From the NCBI GenBank assembly GCA_963716255.1, contig OY970303.1, positions 1,856,001 to 1,920,000 of the forward strand: a stretch of 64,000 bases of DNA, written 5' to 3'. Position 1 is the first letter of the stretch. Each line of letters begins with the position of its first letter. Positions 63,906 through 64,000 of the stretch are shown here, in pieces. The translations under genes and the position numbers were made by a program. The DNA comes from an uncultured Gemmatimonadales bacterium. Lineage in GTDB: Bacteria > Gemmatimonadota > Gemmatimonadetes > Longimicrobiales > Longimicrobiaceae. The notes below the pieces were generated by a model. It saw nothing but the letters and a program-made list of their open reading frames with translations, was not told the origin of the DNA and ran no database searches.

Positions 63906-64000
63906 CTCGCGAACGCCGTTGCGGGGGCGATTCACCCGCTGAGACACAGGCGGTCGGCTGGTACGGAAATACCGCACCTCGACAGTCGGTAAAGAAAAAG

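Overview
A GC-rich bacterial chromosomal segment. The 16S sequence and gene repertoire look like Gemmatimonadota (Longimicrobium-like); this is inference, not a database match. It holds about 50 mostly housekeeping CDSs: two tandem class A PBPs, two tandem M12-type metallopeptidase lipoproteins, a caa3-type cytochrome c oxidase operon, amgK/murU-type recycling genes, fadD, flotillin/NfeD, two UDG-superfamily glycosylases, an L,D-transpeptidase pair, pfkA, wrbA, tatA and queE. A complete minus-strand rRNA operon (16S-23S-5S, no spacer tRNA) sits behind three tandem sigma70 promoters. I found no transposase, integrase, phage gene or CRISPR array. The most unusual signal is non-coding: a modular system of structured intergenic repeats. 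Family A is a ~130-nt multi-stem element in 7 copies with compensatory and G-U substitutions. Family C is a ~230-270-nt element in 3 copies, each between convergent genes. Both contain the same mismatch hairpin, GAGAC-stem-GGCWGTTT-stem'-GGCTC (about 16 copies), and they combine with smaller modules B and D. Other oddities: a yhbY gene with no canonical start codon (probable ATC start), a catalytically dead L,D-transpeptidase paralogue beside an intact one, and a QueE with CX6CX2C spacing.
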